In this document: piece by piece, positions 62,233-64,000 of the stretch
Numbering within the stretch: position 1 is the first letter of the stretch
Layout: every line of letters begins with the position of its first letter
From: Camelus dromedarius
Lineage: Eukaryota
DNA: 64,000 bases
Assembly: GCF_036321535.1 (NCBI RefSeq)
Contig: NC_087437.1
Coordinates: forward strand, 24,244,001 to 24,308,000
Direction of reading: 5' to 3'
The notes under the pieces: model-generated
Databases searched by the model: none
Told to the model about the DNA's origin: nothing
What the model saw: the letters and a program-made list of their open reading frames with translations, nothing else
Program-made: the position numbers and the translations under genes

Positions 62233-64000
62233 TTTTTTGTATACATGTATTATTAAAGTATAGTCAGTTTACAATGTGTCAATTTCCAGTGTACATCATA
62301 ATGCTTCAGTCATACATGAGCATACATAGATTCATTTTCATATTCTTTTTCACTGCAAATTACTTCATTCAAGTCTTTCATCCATACTGCATTCATATTT
62401 TATATAGTATAAGATAGTGGTCCAGTTTTCTCAACAGTGTTTATTGAATAGATTATTCTTTACTCATGTATGTTCTTGGCTCCTTTGTCATAAATTAATT
62501 GATCATATGTATGGGGTAACTTCTGGGTTATCTATTCTGTTACAATGATCTGTGTGTCTAAGTTATGCCAATATGATACTATTTTGATTACTATAGCTTT
62601 ATAATATAATTTGAAATTAGGAATTGTGATGCCTCTAACTTTGTTCTTCTTTCTCATGATTGCTTTTGTGATTCCATACAAACTTTAGGATTATTTTGTC
62701 TACTTTAGTGAAAAAAATTAGAATTTTGATAAGAATTGCATTGAATCTGTAGATTGCTTTGGGTAGTATGACTATTTTAACAATAGTAATTCTCCCAGTC
62801 CATTAGCACAGAACATTTTTCTGTTCATTTGTGTCTTCTTGAGTTTCTTTCATCAATGTCTTATAGTTCTCAGTGTGCAGGCCTTTCACTTCCTTGGTTA
62901 AATTTATTCCTAGATATTTTATTCTTTTTGATGCAATTGTAAGTTGAATTATTTTCTTATCATTCATTTTAGTGTATAGAAATGCAATTAATTTATATAT
63001 ATATATATTTTATATCCTGAAATTTACTGAAGTTGCCTGCTAATGGTTTTTTCGCAGATTCTTCAGGATTTTCTATGTACAATGCCATGTTATCTGCAAA
63101 TAGAGACAATTTTACTTCTTCCTTTCCCAGTTGGCTGCCTTTTATTTCTTGCCTAATTGCTCTTAGCTAGGACTTCCAGCGCTATGTTGAATAAAAGTGA
63201 CAAGAGTGGGTATCCTTGTCTTATTCCTGATTTTAGAGCAAAGGCTTTCAGTTTTTCACTGTTGAGTATTACACTGACTGTGGGTTTGTCCTATGTGACG
63301 TTTATTATGTTGAGGCATGTTTCCTCTACACCCACTTCATTGAGAGTTTTTATCATGATTAGATGTTGAATTTTGTCAAATGCTTTTGGACATCTATCAA
63401 GATGATCATTTGATTTTTACCCTTCATTTTATTAATGTGGTATCACACTGATTTGCAGATGAACACCTTGCATCTCTGGAATAAATCCTACTTGATCATG
63501 GAATATAATCCTTTGCCTGCATAGTTGAATTTTGTTTTTGCTAATATTTTGAGGAGTTTTGCATCCATGTTCCTCAGAGATACTGGCCTGTAATTTATTT
63601 TTTGTAATGGCCTTCTCTAGTTTTAGTATCAGGGTAAAAACTAGCCTCATAAGGTTTGTTTAGAAATGTTCCCTCCTCTTCTATTTTTTGGAAGAGTTTG
63701 AAGAAGACTGGTAATAATTTTTTTTTAATTTTTTGGTAGAATTCACCAGTGAAGCCATCTGGTCCTAGACTTTTGGAGGGTTTTGGATTACTGTTTCCAT
63801 CTTGTTACTAGTATTTAGCCTGTTCAGATTTTCTATTTCTCCATAAATTAGTCTTTATAAGTTGTCTTTGTAGGAATTTATCCATTTCTTCTAGGTTGTC
63901 TTATTTGTTCGCATATATTGTATACATTAGTCTCTTATCCTTTTCATTTCTGCAGTGTTGTCTCCTTTTATTATAAAGTGTCCTCATTTCTAATTTTATC
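62233..64000 (-). mobile_element. L1: young 3' end (62233-~62364) joined to an older ORF2 body that runs off the window
   Basis: The 3' end matches the copies at 54.7 and 58.5 kb; ORF 63432-63650 (IFHDQVGFIPEMQG) is an RT remnant. Confidence 0.9.

Noticed and set aside
1..64000. CRISPR array, operon or other prokaryote-type system
   Set aside because: The sequence is mammalian, with no repeat-spacer arrays or gene-dense ORFs.

Overview
AT-rich, repeat-dense mammalian genomic DNA, intronic or intergenic. I find no supportable host protein-coding exon, rRNA, functional tRNA or CRISPR array. A tRNA-derived SINE at 51729-51869 resembles the camelid vic-1 family, and young L1 3' ends fit this, so the source is probably a camelid (alpaca, llama or camel). 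Roughly half the window or more is transposon-derived: an ERVL provirus remnant with a nested MaLR piece (2.9-5.9 kb), two L1s retaining both termini (17.4-23.8 kb and 40.4-46.8 kb), several truncated L1s (two with clean TSDs), L2/MIR, MaLR solo LTRs, Tigger1, MER5 and MamSINE1. The ORFs I could recognise in the track are L1 or ERVL remnants; the rest look like chance ORFs. The best non-repeat signal is a CpG-retaining block at about 1.3-1.87 kb with ten TGGCA/TGCCA sites, three nuclear-receptor half-sites and a minus-strand splice donor. The other points of interest are rearrangements inside repeats: an in-frame L1 ORF1::ORF2 deletion, a higher-order L1 5'UTR array, a candidate 3' transduction, an ERVL/MaLR chimera and a local duplication. 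I see no convincing new biological system. Repeat family names come from recalled consensus sequences, not a database search, and boundaries without TSD/TIR support are approximate.
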